Assembly (NCBI RefSeq): GCF_009914755.1
Contig: NC_060925.1
DNA from: the human T2T-CHM13v2.0 reference genome, Homo sapiens
DNA: 64,000 nt
Direction: 5' to 3' (one strand)
Shown: piece by piece, positions 53,601-64,000 of the stretch
Position numbering within the stretch: the stretch's first letter is position 1
Layout of the letters: every line of letters begins with the position of its first letter
Notes under the pieces: model-generated
Databases searched by the model: none
Seen by the model: only the letters and a program-made list of their open reading frames with translations
What the model was told of the DNA's origin: nothing
Program-made: the position numbers and the translations under genes

Positions 53601-54061
53601 TATAACCAAAGGATTATAAATCATGCTTCTATAAAGACACATGCACACATATGTTTACTGCGGCACTATTCACAATAGCAAATGTCCAACAATGATACAC
53701 TGGATTAAGAAAATGTGGCACATATACACTATGGAATACTATACAGCCATAAAAAATGATGAGTTCATGTCCTTTGTAGGGACATGGATGAAGCTGAAAA
53801 CCATCATTCTCAGCAAACTATCGCAAGGACAAAAAACCAAATATCACATGTTCTCACTCACAGGTGGGAATTGAACAATGAGAACACATGGACACAGGAA
53901 GGGGGTTGTGGGTGGGGGGAGGGATAGCATTAGGAGATATACCTAATGTAAATGATGAGTTAGTGGGTGCAGCACACCAACATGGCACATGGATACATAT
54001 GTAACAAACCTGCACGTTGTGCACATGTACCCTAGAACTTAAAATATAATAAAAAAAAATC

Positions 54062-54123
<62 letters not shown>
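53601..54123 (+). mobile_element. L1PA (PA4/5-like) 5'-truncated 3' end with a long poly(A)
   Basis: ORF2 C-terminal remnant and 3'UTR; 17-bp TSD GAAATCTGCAGTGCCCC / GAAATCTACAGTGCCCC; A54 at 54070-54123. Confidence 0.95.
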
Positions 54124-54125
<2 letters not shown>

Positions 54126-54328
54126 AATCTACAGTGCCCCGAAGGCACTCCGTGAGTCAGGTCTGTAAGAGGCAGAAACCCACCTCCAAGCAGCTCGGGC
54201 CAGAAAGGAGCTTGTGGGAAGAACACTGGCTTGAGGCAAACCCACAAAACCAAAAGGCCAGGCCACATGGGGCCCCCTGGGACCTCCTGCCTCCCTCGTC
54301 TTGCCCCCAGGCCCATGTGGATCGTTTC

Positions 54329-54648
54329 ATGTTTTTTTTTTTCTTTTTCTTCCCTCCCCTCCCCTCCCCTCCCCTTCCCTCTTCTCTTCTCTTCTTCTTT
54401 TCTTTTCTTTTCTTTTCTTTTCTTTTCTTTTCTTTTCTTTTCTTTTCTTTTCTTTTCTTTTCTTTTCTTTTCTTTTCTGAGACAGGGTCTCACTCTGTTG
54501 CCCAGGTTGGAGGGCAGTGATGCAACCATGGCTCACTGCAGCAACTTTGATTTCCCAGGCTCAGGAAGATTCTCCCACCTCAGTCTCTGAGTAGCTGAGA
54601 CTACATGAGACTACAGACACATCAGACACATGCCACCACACCCAGCTC

Positions 54649-54687
<39 letters not shown>

Positions 54688-54695
54688 AGATAGGA
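54329..54695 (-). mobile_element. 5'-truncated AluJ-like right arm with expanded (CTTTT)n/(CTCCC)n tail and (TG)n linker
   Basis: Right monomer at 54478-54650; TSD-like TGTGGATCGTTTC / TGTGGATCATTTC. Confidence 0.82.
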
Positions 54696-56309
54696 AGTGT
54701 GTGGATCATTTCTTTTTTTTTTTTGACTCATCTGCTGCTGGCAGGCAGGGTCGTGAGTCAGGGTGGGAAGGCTCTCTATGAGGGGGACACTGTCCCCCGT
54801 TTTTTCTCTCATTTGCTTCTCACAGCCAGCTCTGTGAGAAGGGTGGGGAAGGACTCAGAGGCTCAGGCAGGTAAAGGAACTGCCGGGGGGGCACACACCA
54901 CAGCAAGCAGGGCTGGCCCGAGGAGACAAAGTTTCCTTCCTGAATAGTAAGTCCAAGCGGCCGTCTGTGCCCCAGCATTGAGAGAATCCCCTGTGCACAG
55001 AGCGCTGCACCCTCAAAGTTCTTGACTGCAAGGAAAAGAAGCTCACTCAAAGTGGCTCAGATTGGGGAGGTTATCCTCAGTGTTGGGAGTTAACCCGTGC
55101 ATGTGCCTGGGAGTTGAGGGGGCTGGGCCAGGGCCCTCAGGTTCACTGGACGTTTGCATACTTCAGGCCACCTGGCTCCCCCGGTCTCCTTTTGCCCTCT
55201 CTGCTTTTTGCCTTTGCTCCCCCAGTACTGTCTGCTTACAGCTTTGCACTGAAGGAGACTCACTCCTGCCTTCCCCGTGCTTACCAGCGGCCATCCCTGC
55301 ATCCTCAGCTTGGACTCTGGAGAGGGTATCGTGCCAGGCACTGGCCAGGTGACTGCCTTTGGTGGCCTGAGTCTAGGCAGGCAGGAGGAGTCCAGGACAC
55401 AATACAGCTGCCTCTGCTGAGCGGTGGGGTAGGGAGAGGGCTTTAAGAGAACAGGCCCTGAGAAGGAGGGTGGAGGCCTCAAAATCTCCCCCTGACACCC
55501 ACCATATGCCTTGTGGGTGAAACCCAGGCCTTCCCCAGCCTTCCTCAGATCAAAGGAGCTGCAATACCGTCATCACCACCCATCACGTTTTACTGGGAAG
55601 AATGCATCATTCGAGGGCAGGTCGTGAATGCAGCCAAGTTCCCTCCAAATCGAGGTGCACCAGCCTTCCAGGGAGCACAGGTTTGGTGCTTATCACTTCC
55701 ATGAAATGACACTAACTGAAAATACAGAGGAATTTAGGACATAGCCAAGACAAATTAATGGATTACGAATTTATAATAGAATTGCAGGCTTCTTTTGTAG
55801 GGCCAGGGGAATGTAGCCACACTTTGGTATTGATTTCAAAGCATAGCCCTGAATTCTCAACACCCTGCCCTTGTGTGACTCTCAGAGGGAGGCTTGTGTT
55901 GATGTCCTGATCCTGCTATTTTTATGGCCCTGAGCTGAGAGAGGTGTGAGAAAAGCTATTGCAAGCCAACAGAGCTTTCACACTTCCAGGACAGCCCTCG
56001 CTGTCTGTGTACTGTGCAGGCAGAGGGCAGAGAGTATGTGTCTCCCATGAGAACTTGGAGACGCCTTGCTCATCAGAGGAGCTGCCAAGAGCTGGTGATG
56101 GCATGAATGAGTTCTGGTGCAACTTGCCTTCCAGCTCCATGAAGGAGGCCTGCCAGCCCCCCACATTCCTACACAATCGCTGTTTCTGGAAAAGAACTGA
56201 AATGGCACAGCGGCCTTAACCACAGAAAGTTCTGATCAAGGTCTCCACAGAACCAGCTGGGGAGGAGGCCTTCTTTGATGTCTTTCAGAGCCCTGTGGGG
56301 TGTGTCAAC

Positions 56310-56493
56310 CAAATCTTCTCAACCTCAGCACTGTTGATGTTTGGGGTGGGAGGCCTCTGTTGAGGGGGCTGTCCTGTGCACTGTAGGAGCTTGGCAGCAT
56401 CCCTGGCCTCCCGAGAGTGTGACAACCTAAAATATCTCCAGCCACTGCCAAATATTCCCTGAGGAGCAGAATTATCCCTGGTGGAGAACCACA
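56310..56493. mobile_element. MER20 (hAT-Charlie)
   Basis: TTCTCAACCTCAGCACTGTTGA..GGCTGTCCTGTGCACTGTAGG..GCAGCATCCCTGGCCTC..GAGAACCAC. Confidence 0.85.
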
Positions 56494-57262
56494 GCTAAGT
56501 CTCTCTCAAAACCGACCTTAGAGGCAGATATGCAGGCTGTTTGTCTAGTCACAAGGTGTGGCTTACACAATCTAGAAGCTTCTTAAAATCCTGAGTAGTG
56601 GCACAGACACTTTAACACTTTAACCATCAGGCAATCCAAAGGGCCCTACCGTGTTTTGGTGGAGAGTGAATGAGAACTACTGACTCATTCCCACTCACTC
56701 AGGCAGAGAATGAATGAGACCTCCTGACCCAGGTGATACTCTTAGGATCCACTCCTCAAAGGGAAAAGAAGCCAGTGGCTGTTATCAGGGGTCATGACTT
56801 CCTAAGATTGTGTCTGCATCCAGTCAGGAAGGACAGCATCTTAGCTTCCTGGTCATCTTCTCACCATTTGCATTCCCCAAACCAGTTCGATACCATCCAG
56901 CCCGTCAAGAGGCCTGAGTCCCAGAGGACACACAACATCCCTACAGTCCCAGGTGAGATGCAGCCGATGCCTGCTGGGGGTGGTCATGCCCTGCTCTTCT
57001 CTGCACCCCTAGAGGGGCAACCAGGACCTGCTGACATGCAGAGGCAAGCAGCTATGGCAGAGTCAGACGGAGGCACCCGATGGAGCTGTGGGACGCACAC
57101 ATCTGCGGGGCTCCAGGGAAGGTTCCCCCCGGGAGCCTCGTGCGGAGCGATCAGCCTGGCCAAGGGGACAAGGAGCGCGGCAGTGGGTGGAAGGGAGGGC
57201 GGGGAGGCGATGGGTGTGGAAGGTGGTGTCGTGTAGTCCACTGTTGCAGGGCCCTGTTTAAA

Positions 57263-57500
57263 GTAGGGTGGCCAAATGCAGAACCTGCTTGGTTCTGCAA
57301 AGCCTGCAAACTGAGAATGGTATTTACATTTTTAGCTGGTTGAAAAAGTAAATCAAAAGAAAAATATTCCGTCTTGACACATGAAAATTCTATGAAATTC
57401 CCCTTTTGGTGTCCATACCTAGACTTCGGTCGGGACAAGGCGGCGCCCATTCATTTGTGCATTGTTGACGGTGGCTTTCAACAGGAGGTTACGTTGAGCC
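57263..57500 (+). mobile_element. MER58B-like hAT element
   Basis: AGCCTGCAAACTGAGAATGGTATTTACATTTTTA..AATCAAAAGAAAAATATT..ACACATGAAAATT. Confidence 0.75.
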
Positions 57501-57899
57501 ATACCGGGCTGCCGGGGCGAGCCTCCAATCCTCCAGTGTGAGGCTGGAGGGTGACTCTGCAATGGGAATCACTGGCATTTGCCACCCAGGCAGGGATCTG
57601 GGGAAAACAGGGATGTGGGGAGGAATGGCCAGTGTGGAGTGTGCAGACGTCTGACCAGAGTTGAGAGACCAGAGATGGGGAAACCCCTTAGGATTTGTTA
57701 TTGCATTTTGGGGACCCTTTCGTGGGGTCAACATCTTACTGGTCTTCTCAGAGCATTGTGGCCATCCACTTCCCAACTAGTGAGGAACTTGACCGACTAG
57801 GATGCCTCCATGGCAGAGCCTGTTGCCCAGGTGGACCCAGGAGCTCAGCGTCCCCCGACCTGGTACCTCCTCAGCTCAGCTCACCCAATGCATGTTTGC

Positions 57900-58130
57900 A
57901 GGAGGAATGGGAAAGAGAAAGAGAGGGGAAGACAGAGATGAGGAGACAGAAAGAGACAGAGAGGCAGAGGCAGAGATGAAGAATCAGAGAGAGAAAGAGG
58001 GGGAGGGGAAGAGAGAGACATAAGAAACAGTGATGGAGAGACAGACAGAAAGAGACTGAGAGGCAGAGGCAGAGATGAAGAGACAGAAAGAGATGGGAAA
58101 GGGAGGAAGGGAGAGGGAGACGAAAAGAGG
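57900..58130. repeat. GA-rich polypurine tract with an internal ~39-bp direct repeat
   Basis: AGACAGAAAGAGACWGAGAGGCAGAGGCAGAGATGAAGA at 57944 and 58043. Confidence 0.85.
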
Positions 58131-60004
58131 GCACTCACAAGCAGTTGCCCACCTCCCAGGAGGCCCTGCTGGCTCTCTTCCCCAGGAACCTCCTCTTTCT
58201 CTCATGGCAAGTCTAGGCCACAGCAGCTGTGGCTGCCGTTAAATCATAAGCCATATCCCATAAGTCTCCTCCACGTCCCTCCAATGCCCCCGTGACTGTT
58301 CACCCCTCCCCGATGTGCTTCCTCTCTCCCCAGCCCAGGCAGTTTCCAGAACCGGCTAGGTTCTGTTACGTAAAATTAATTAGGTTTCAGGGCCAGGAGG
58401 GGCTGGGGCCTCATCCAAGAACCACAGAGGAACATCATCTTGCTGTGTGATTCTCATGGCTGAGGGATTTCCTGCTTTTTCTCCTAACTCTTTTGATAGA
58501 TTCCTCTGGGCAGGAATCCCAAGAAAGGCCAAATGCTGTTAGCAGACAGATGGGAAAGGGTGGGGAGAGGGAGGACAGGGAATGGAGGCGGCCCGTGGGC
58601 TCCTTTTTCTCCTGAAAACCTGTTCTGTTTCCCTCCACTCCCTGCCCCGTCCTGGGGGCCTGGCCATGAGTCCTGGGAACAAAGCTGATGCCTGGAAAGA
58701 GGGGGCAGGCACACTGCCCTCCTGCCCTGGTTCTAGCCCTGCAGAGGGGAGGAGGGTGGCCAGGAGTACAGTCACGGAGGGAGAGTGTGACGACATCCCA
58801 GGGGGCACTTCTCAGGGAGCACCGTCCCCCACATTTCCAGCCTTTGGGGTCCCATCTACCTCATGAAATCTCACCCCCATGCTCCTATCCTGGTGGGCTG
58901 CTGACCCAGACAACAGAGGTGAGGGAGTGAATTAATCCATGCCTAGCTAGGGGGGTCACAGACCATTCAAGGTGGACAGGAACCAAACCACCCATCTGCC
59001 CCACTTCCCTTCAGATCAGAAAAGTGAGGTCACAGCGGAGGAATTTGCCAGATGGACAACCCAAGATGTGCCCCATCTGGGCCTCTGACTCCCAGACCTG
59101 CGCTGCAACCTAGCATCTCACTCCCACCGTGTCTGTACAAAGCTGCCCCCAGGGCCCTGCCTTCCCCTCCTCCCACACAGCCTTCCCCTCATCCACTCAG
59201 CTTTGGGGAAACTCCGTGATTTCTCCTTTAGGATGCAGGTACTAGAACCCAAGAATCCAGAAGACAGCCAGGCCCCTCTCCCCCAAGCAGGTCCCGTTTT
59301 GTGTGGTGTGAGCTGAGCTGATTTCTGTTCATGCCTGATGATGAGGGAAAAGCAGGTTTGACGATCTAAACGCAATTTGCATATAAAGCTACGAAGTGGA
59401 GCCGGCAGACTTTCTATTACCCAGTCAATAAATGAGCTCTTTTCCCAGCAATATGGCTTTCTGTAGGGAGAGCAATAGCTAGTGTGGGGAGGGAAACCAG
59501 GCTCGGCTCCAGGGAGGCTGCTGGAGGGAATTCTCCACGGCCCTGCTGCCTGGCATGAGGAGCTGGCCTCCTGGGCTGGGAAAGGTGGCTCCTTCTTGAG
59601 GGGATGATAAAGCAGAGGCCTCTCCCTCGATCCTTGGGAGCAGGAGGTGGTGTTCTGCTCCTGCAGCCTCTGTCTCCTCCGTGGGCATCCAGAACCCAAG
59701 GGTACCAGGCCTGTCCTGGGGGATCTTAGGAAATGGGTCTAAAGCCAGGACTTCTGTGGCTTATCAGGCATGCCAAGGTTAAACCTCTATTAAGGGTGTT
59801 CCCATGGTCAGGGGTGTGTGTGTGCCAGTTCCCATGGGCACGAACCATGCTGGGGCCTGAAAGGCAGCTCAGGCCTCTGGATTCTCCTCAACTTTCTCCA
59901 GGAGAAGACCCAGATGGGCCTTCCCCTGTGCGCTCCCAAACCCCCACCCTGGCCTTAACAGCCCCCGCAGGGCCACTGCAATGTGAAGAGGAAGGGCAGT
60001 AGGC

Positions 60005-60800
60005 TTGAGATAGCCCCTCTCTCTACCCGCATGTCCCCACCATGTCCCTGAGATAGCCCTGCTCCCTATTTGCATGACTGTGTCATGTCTTTGAGATAGC
60101 CCTCCTGTCTACCTGCACATCCCCACAGTGTCCCTGAGAGAGCCCTGTTCCCTCTCTACCTGCACATCCTTATCATGTCCCTGAGATAGCCCTGCCCTCC
60201 ACCTGCACTTCACCATCATGTCTCTGAGATAGCCCTGCCCTCTACCTGCAGGTCTCCATCATGTCCCTGAGATAGCCCTCCTGTCTACCTGCACATCCTT
60301 ATCATGTCCCTGAGATAGCCCTGCTCTCTCTACCTGCACCTCTCCATCATGTCCCTGAGATAGCCCTGCCGTCTACCTGCATGTCACCATTGTGTCTCTG
60401 AGATAGCCCTGCTCTCTACCTTCATGTACCCACTGTGTCCCTGAGATAGCCCTGCTCTCTACCTGCACATCACTATTGTGTCCCTGAGATAGCCCCACCC
60501 TCTACCTACACATCTCCATAGTGTCCCTGAGATAACCCCGCTCTCTACCTGCATGTCACCATTGTGTCTCTGAGATAGCCCCACCCTCTACCTGCATGTC
60601 ACCATCATGTCTCTGAGATAGCCCTGCTCTCTACCTTCATGTACCCACTGTGTCCCTGAGATAGCCCCGCCCTCTACCTGCACGTCTCCATCGTGTCCCT
60701 GAGATAGCCCCGCCCTCTACCTGCACGTCTCCATCATGTCCCTGAGATAGCCCTGAGATAGCCCTGAGATAGCCCTGCCCTCTACCTGCAATGTCTCCAT
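60005..60800. repeat. Minisatellite, 43-bp unit, ~18 copies plus an 11-bp sub-repeat
   Basis: Consensus approximately TGAGATAGCCCTGCYCTCTACCTGCAYRTCWCCATCATGTCCC; GAGATAG recurs at 60007, 60050, 60093 and on to 60744, 60755, 60766. Confidence 0.96.
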
Positions 60801-61124
60801 TGAATCCCCACATTACAGGCGAGTGGAATGCACAGTCTGTAGCCATGAGTGGCATGTTTGTGAATGGGCTGCCTTGGAAACGCTCTACAGAAGTGGGAGG
60901 TTGTTCATTTCTACTGACGGAGTTAGAGGTAGCTGGACTTACAGAGAAAGTGTTGGCTGTCTCTCTGTCCAGAGGTTGCCGCCCTTGGCAGAAGGCTGGG
61001 GAATGCCCCCCAACGCCCAGGAGCAGAAACAATGGAGAAGGCCAATGATTGGTCCAACTGCATTGCTGTGGGAAGAGAACAGTGACTGCACCACCAAGTT
61101 AAAGGGCAAAGTATTCCCAGACCC

Positions 61125-61470
61125 CAGCTCTCTGCCCTGAAAGGATATGTTCACCCCTAACTCCTGTGAACCTGTGAAGGTGACTTTATTTGGAAAAGGG
61201 TCTTTGCAAATGTAATGAAGTAAAGGATGCCGAAGTGAGGTCATCTTGAATATAGGGTGGCTCCTAAATCCAACAACGAGTATGCCTCTAAGAAGAGGGG
61301 AGGACAGACGCCACAGAGAAGATGGCCACGTGATAAAGCCACAAGCCAAGGAACTCCTGGAGCCGCCAGAGCCTGGAGGAGTCAGGAAGGAAGAGCCTGC
61401 AGAGGGATCGTGACCTGCTGACCCTGAGTTTCAGGCTTCTGGCCTCTAGAACTGTGAGAAGATAAATTTA
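61125..61470 (+). mobile_element. MLT1C/D-like MaLR LTR
   Basis: GAACCTGTGAAGGTGACTTTATTTGGAAAAGGGTCTTTGCA..CTTCTGGCCTCTAGAACTGTGAGA. Confidence 0.85.
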
Positions 61471-61559
61471 ATTTCTAAACACATATTCCAACCAAACTTT
61501 GACGTAGGCTCCTCAACACCCTGGCCCTTTTCCTTCCATATATGACAACTTATCTAAAG

Positions 61560-61895
61560 AAGGGGTCAGCACGCTCTCTCAGTCACGGGCCCGGCAGTGA
61601 ACACTCCAGGCCTCGCGTGCGGTGCAGCCCCTGTGGGAGTGGCTCCACTCCAAGTCGTGGCACAAAAGCAACCAGAGGCCACCTGGATATGAACAAGCGT
61701 GGCCGCATTCCAGGGAAATTTTATCTGTGGATGGTGAAATTTGATTCTTATGTAATTTTCACCTGCCACAAAATAATATCCTTCTTTTGACTTTTTTCCT
61801 AACCATTTGGAAATGTAAAAACCATTCTTAGCTTGTAGGCTGGGCAAAAACAAGTGGTGGGCCGGGTGTAGCTGCACCACGGTTTAGTGACCCCT
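61560..61895 (-). mobile_element. MER58B-like hAT element
   Basis: TAATTTTCACCTGCCACAAAATAATATCCTTCTTTTGA..AATGTAAAAACCATTCTTAGC..GTTTAGTGACCCCTG. Confidence 0.8.
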
Positions 61896-64000
61896 GAGCT
61901 GGAAGAATCACAAGATTAGAGCGAGTGAGAAGGAGGGAGCTCCCCGCGACCTCCTCCAGTGCCTGCACTCGCCTTGACTTAAATACAGAACATTTTTAAT
62001 GCTGAAGAGCCTAATAACAAATAGCTTGAGACAGATTGGAAATAGCTTTGGATGGAAAAGTGAGGCATATTGATTGCCACTTCTTACGAGCCGTCTTTTT
62101 TTTCCCTCTATCCACACAATGCAAAGCCTTGCTGTTTTTAAATGTGAAGTGTTTCTCCCAAGAAAGCCTGCAGGCACCTGTCCTGGCTCCAGTGCTTGCT
62201 GGCTGGAAGTTAGGTGCAGCCTGCTGCTCTGCGATGGCCGCGAGGCTCCTGTGCTGTCTGCTTGTGCATGTCTTGATCACAGAGCACAAGTCTGGGGACA
62301 AGGTGGGCAGAGGGTTATCACTGATAGGTGAGGTGCTGGCTGAGTCCCATCAGAAGCCCGGGACTGGAGTTAGTTGCCAGAGGAGGCAGCTCGGTGGAGC
62401 AATCCTTAGGAAATGATGCTGATTTTTCAGCAAAGCACAAGACTGTCGCAAGCAGGATGGCCTCCACGCTTGCTCCTATTTACAAAAAGTTTGTCACAAA
62501 AGTGAACACCATTGCAGAACGGGAAAGACGTGCAGCTCTTTCCAGACACATGCTCCTCAGATTGCCCTAGTCAGCTGCTTTAAACAAGGTAGATTAGAAA
62601 CGGCACTTTATATACGATGGAGGTGAATGCTGACGAAGACATCCTAACAGGACAGAGAGTCTAAGAAGCAAGAAAGGCAAGGGTAAACATTCTAATCACT
62701 TCCACCAATAACGCGTTAATCATTCATCCTGAGAAAAGCGCGGTGATTCGGTCAACGCCGAGCATGTCGCATTAATCCATTGATGAATCAGACCCCCAAC
62801 CTCCACTAGGGGCGAGCCCCGTGGCTTCTTCAGGCAGCTCTGTTGTGGACAGTTCGATATGTTTATATTAATTCCTAAACACGGAACAAAAGCTTTATTA
62901 AGCATGCATGAAGTGTCGCGTTAATTCATGCAGGCTGCCCACTTGTGGTTCCCTGAAATCATCGTCCACTTTGCAGTGCTTAACCCAGACCCTGGCCCCT
63001 GCTGCTGCAGCTATCTGCAGGAGCCAGTCCTGGACAGGGCCCTGGGTCCCCTGGGAAATAGATGGCCTGTCCCTTTCAGGCTGGAGCCGACAGCTGGGCA
63101 GAGCCAGGCTTCCCATGGTCAAGGCTGCTGACAGCTTTGCAAACCTTTGGGTCACAGGTAACCCCTCTGGGGAGCAAAGCACTTTGCAAAGGCTCTCTGA
63201 CATCGGAGGAGATGGGGCCACTGGGATAAATCATCCTTAGGAGAGACACATGTGACAGCCTCTCACAGCAGGTGGCTCTAATGAGCTGACCTTGGCTTCT
63301 GAGGCCAGCATGATCTGGACTCCTACAGGAGGAGGGCCTTCAAAGGATCTGCCCAGGAACAGTGGTGGGAATAGAAGGGAAGGCAAATGACAAAATTCCA
63401 TCCATGTCAGTTGCAGAGGACCGTGGTCTTTGCAGGAGCCTGCTCTGGGGTGCTTTTGCTCACTCAGCTTCCTGCTCTGGCTGGGAGTATCTGTTGTGGG
63501 GTCCGTAGGCTTGCCTGATGAATTTTGTCTCTCCTTCTTAGCTCATCTCCACACAGCTTCATAAATGATCTCAATAGGCCTGTCCAGCCTGTCCAGCCTT
63601 GCTTCTCAAGTATTCTCTGCAGTGGGCACCGTTCCCTGGCGTGATGACATCGTCACCCTAGGGATTCCCTTTGGATCCGTTCTACGTGCTGGTCCCCCGT
63701 GAAGTCTTCACGCCCCTCCCTCAAAGGCATGATCAGCTCTGTGTCCACTGCTAATGGCACTCGGTTATGGAGAATCACCAGGAAACAGGGCAGGGCATGT
63801 CCCCTCCAGCCAACCCTCAGCTCTGGGAGAGCAGAGGTGGCAACTTCTTATTTGAATTATCTGTTGTAAGAGCCAGTGAATAGCTTTTCTCCTGGGCCAT
63901 CATCTTGTGATCTGAACAGTCAGGTTTGGGTTGGGAGAAAGTAAAGTTATATGGAAACAGATAAATAGAAGATCAGGGAAATTAAAAAATGTCAATGTTT

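Noticed and set aside
53641-53874. ORF with L1 ORF2 C-terminal-like peptide
   Set aside because: Frameshifted remnant of a 5'-truncated L1, not a gene.
54068-54590. Lys/Arg/Glu- and Phe-rich ORFs
   Set aside because: Translations of (CTTTT)n and poly(A).

Overview
This is primate nuclear DNA, almost certainly human, because it carries an AluYb8 with the diagnostic 7-bp duplication at 45532-45841. It reads as non-coding, intergenic or deep intronic. I found no credible protein-coding exon, processed pseudogene, tRNA, rRNA, snRNA or CRISPR array. The long ORFs in the track come from Alu, L1, simple repeats or GC-rich chance frames. The window is a mosaic of Alus (J, S, Yb8, monomers), L1 fragments (L1PA, PB, MA, MB, MC, ME), L2, MIR, MaLR LTRs (THE1, MLT1), ERVL LTRs (MLT2, MER21) and hAT-type MITEs (MER20, MER53, MER58, MER91). 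It also has three minisatellites and several AT-rich unique patches that look like enhancers. I cannot support a new biological system. The best unexplained structures are: (i) a 135-bp, ~87%-identical inverted local duplication inside an ancient L1 5' region (22291-22425 / 23252-23386); (ii) a ~40-bp CCAAT-box minisatellite between CpG-rich flanks, with a detached orphan unit; (iii) a 43-bp GATA-motif minisatellite with higher-order structure; (iv) a TSD-flanked L1 with a double inversion; (v) a MER53 palindrome carrying a near-miR-1302 sequence; (vi) DUX4-type motifs in three LTRs. Repeat subfamily calls come from recalled consensus sequences, and boundaries of old repeats are approximate.
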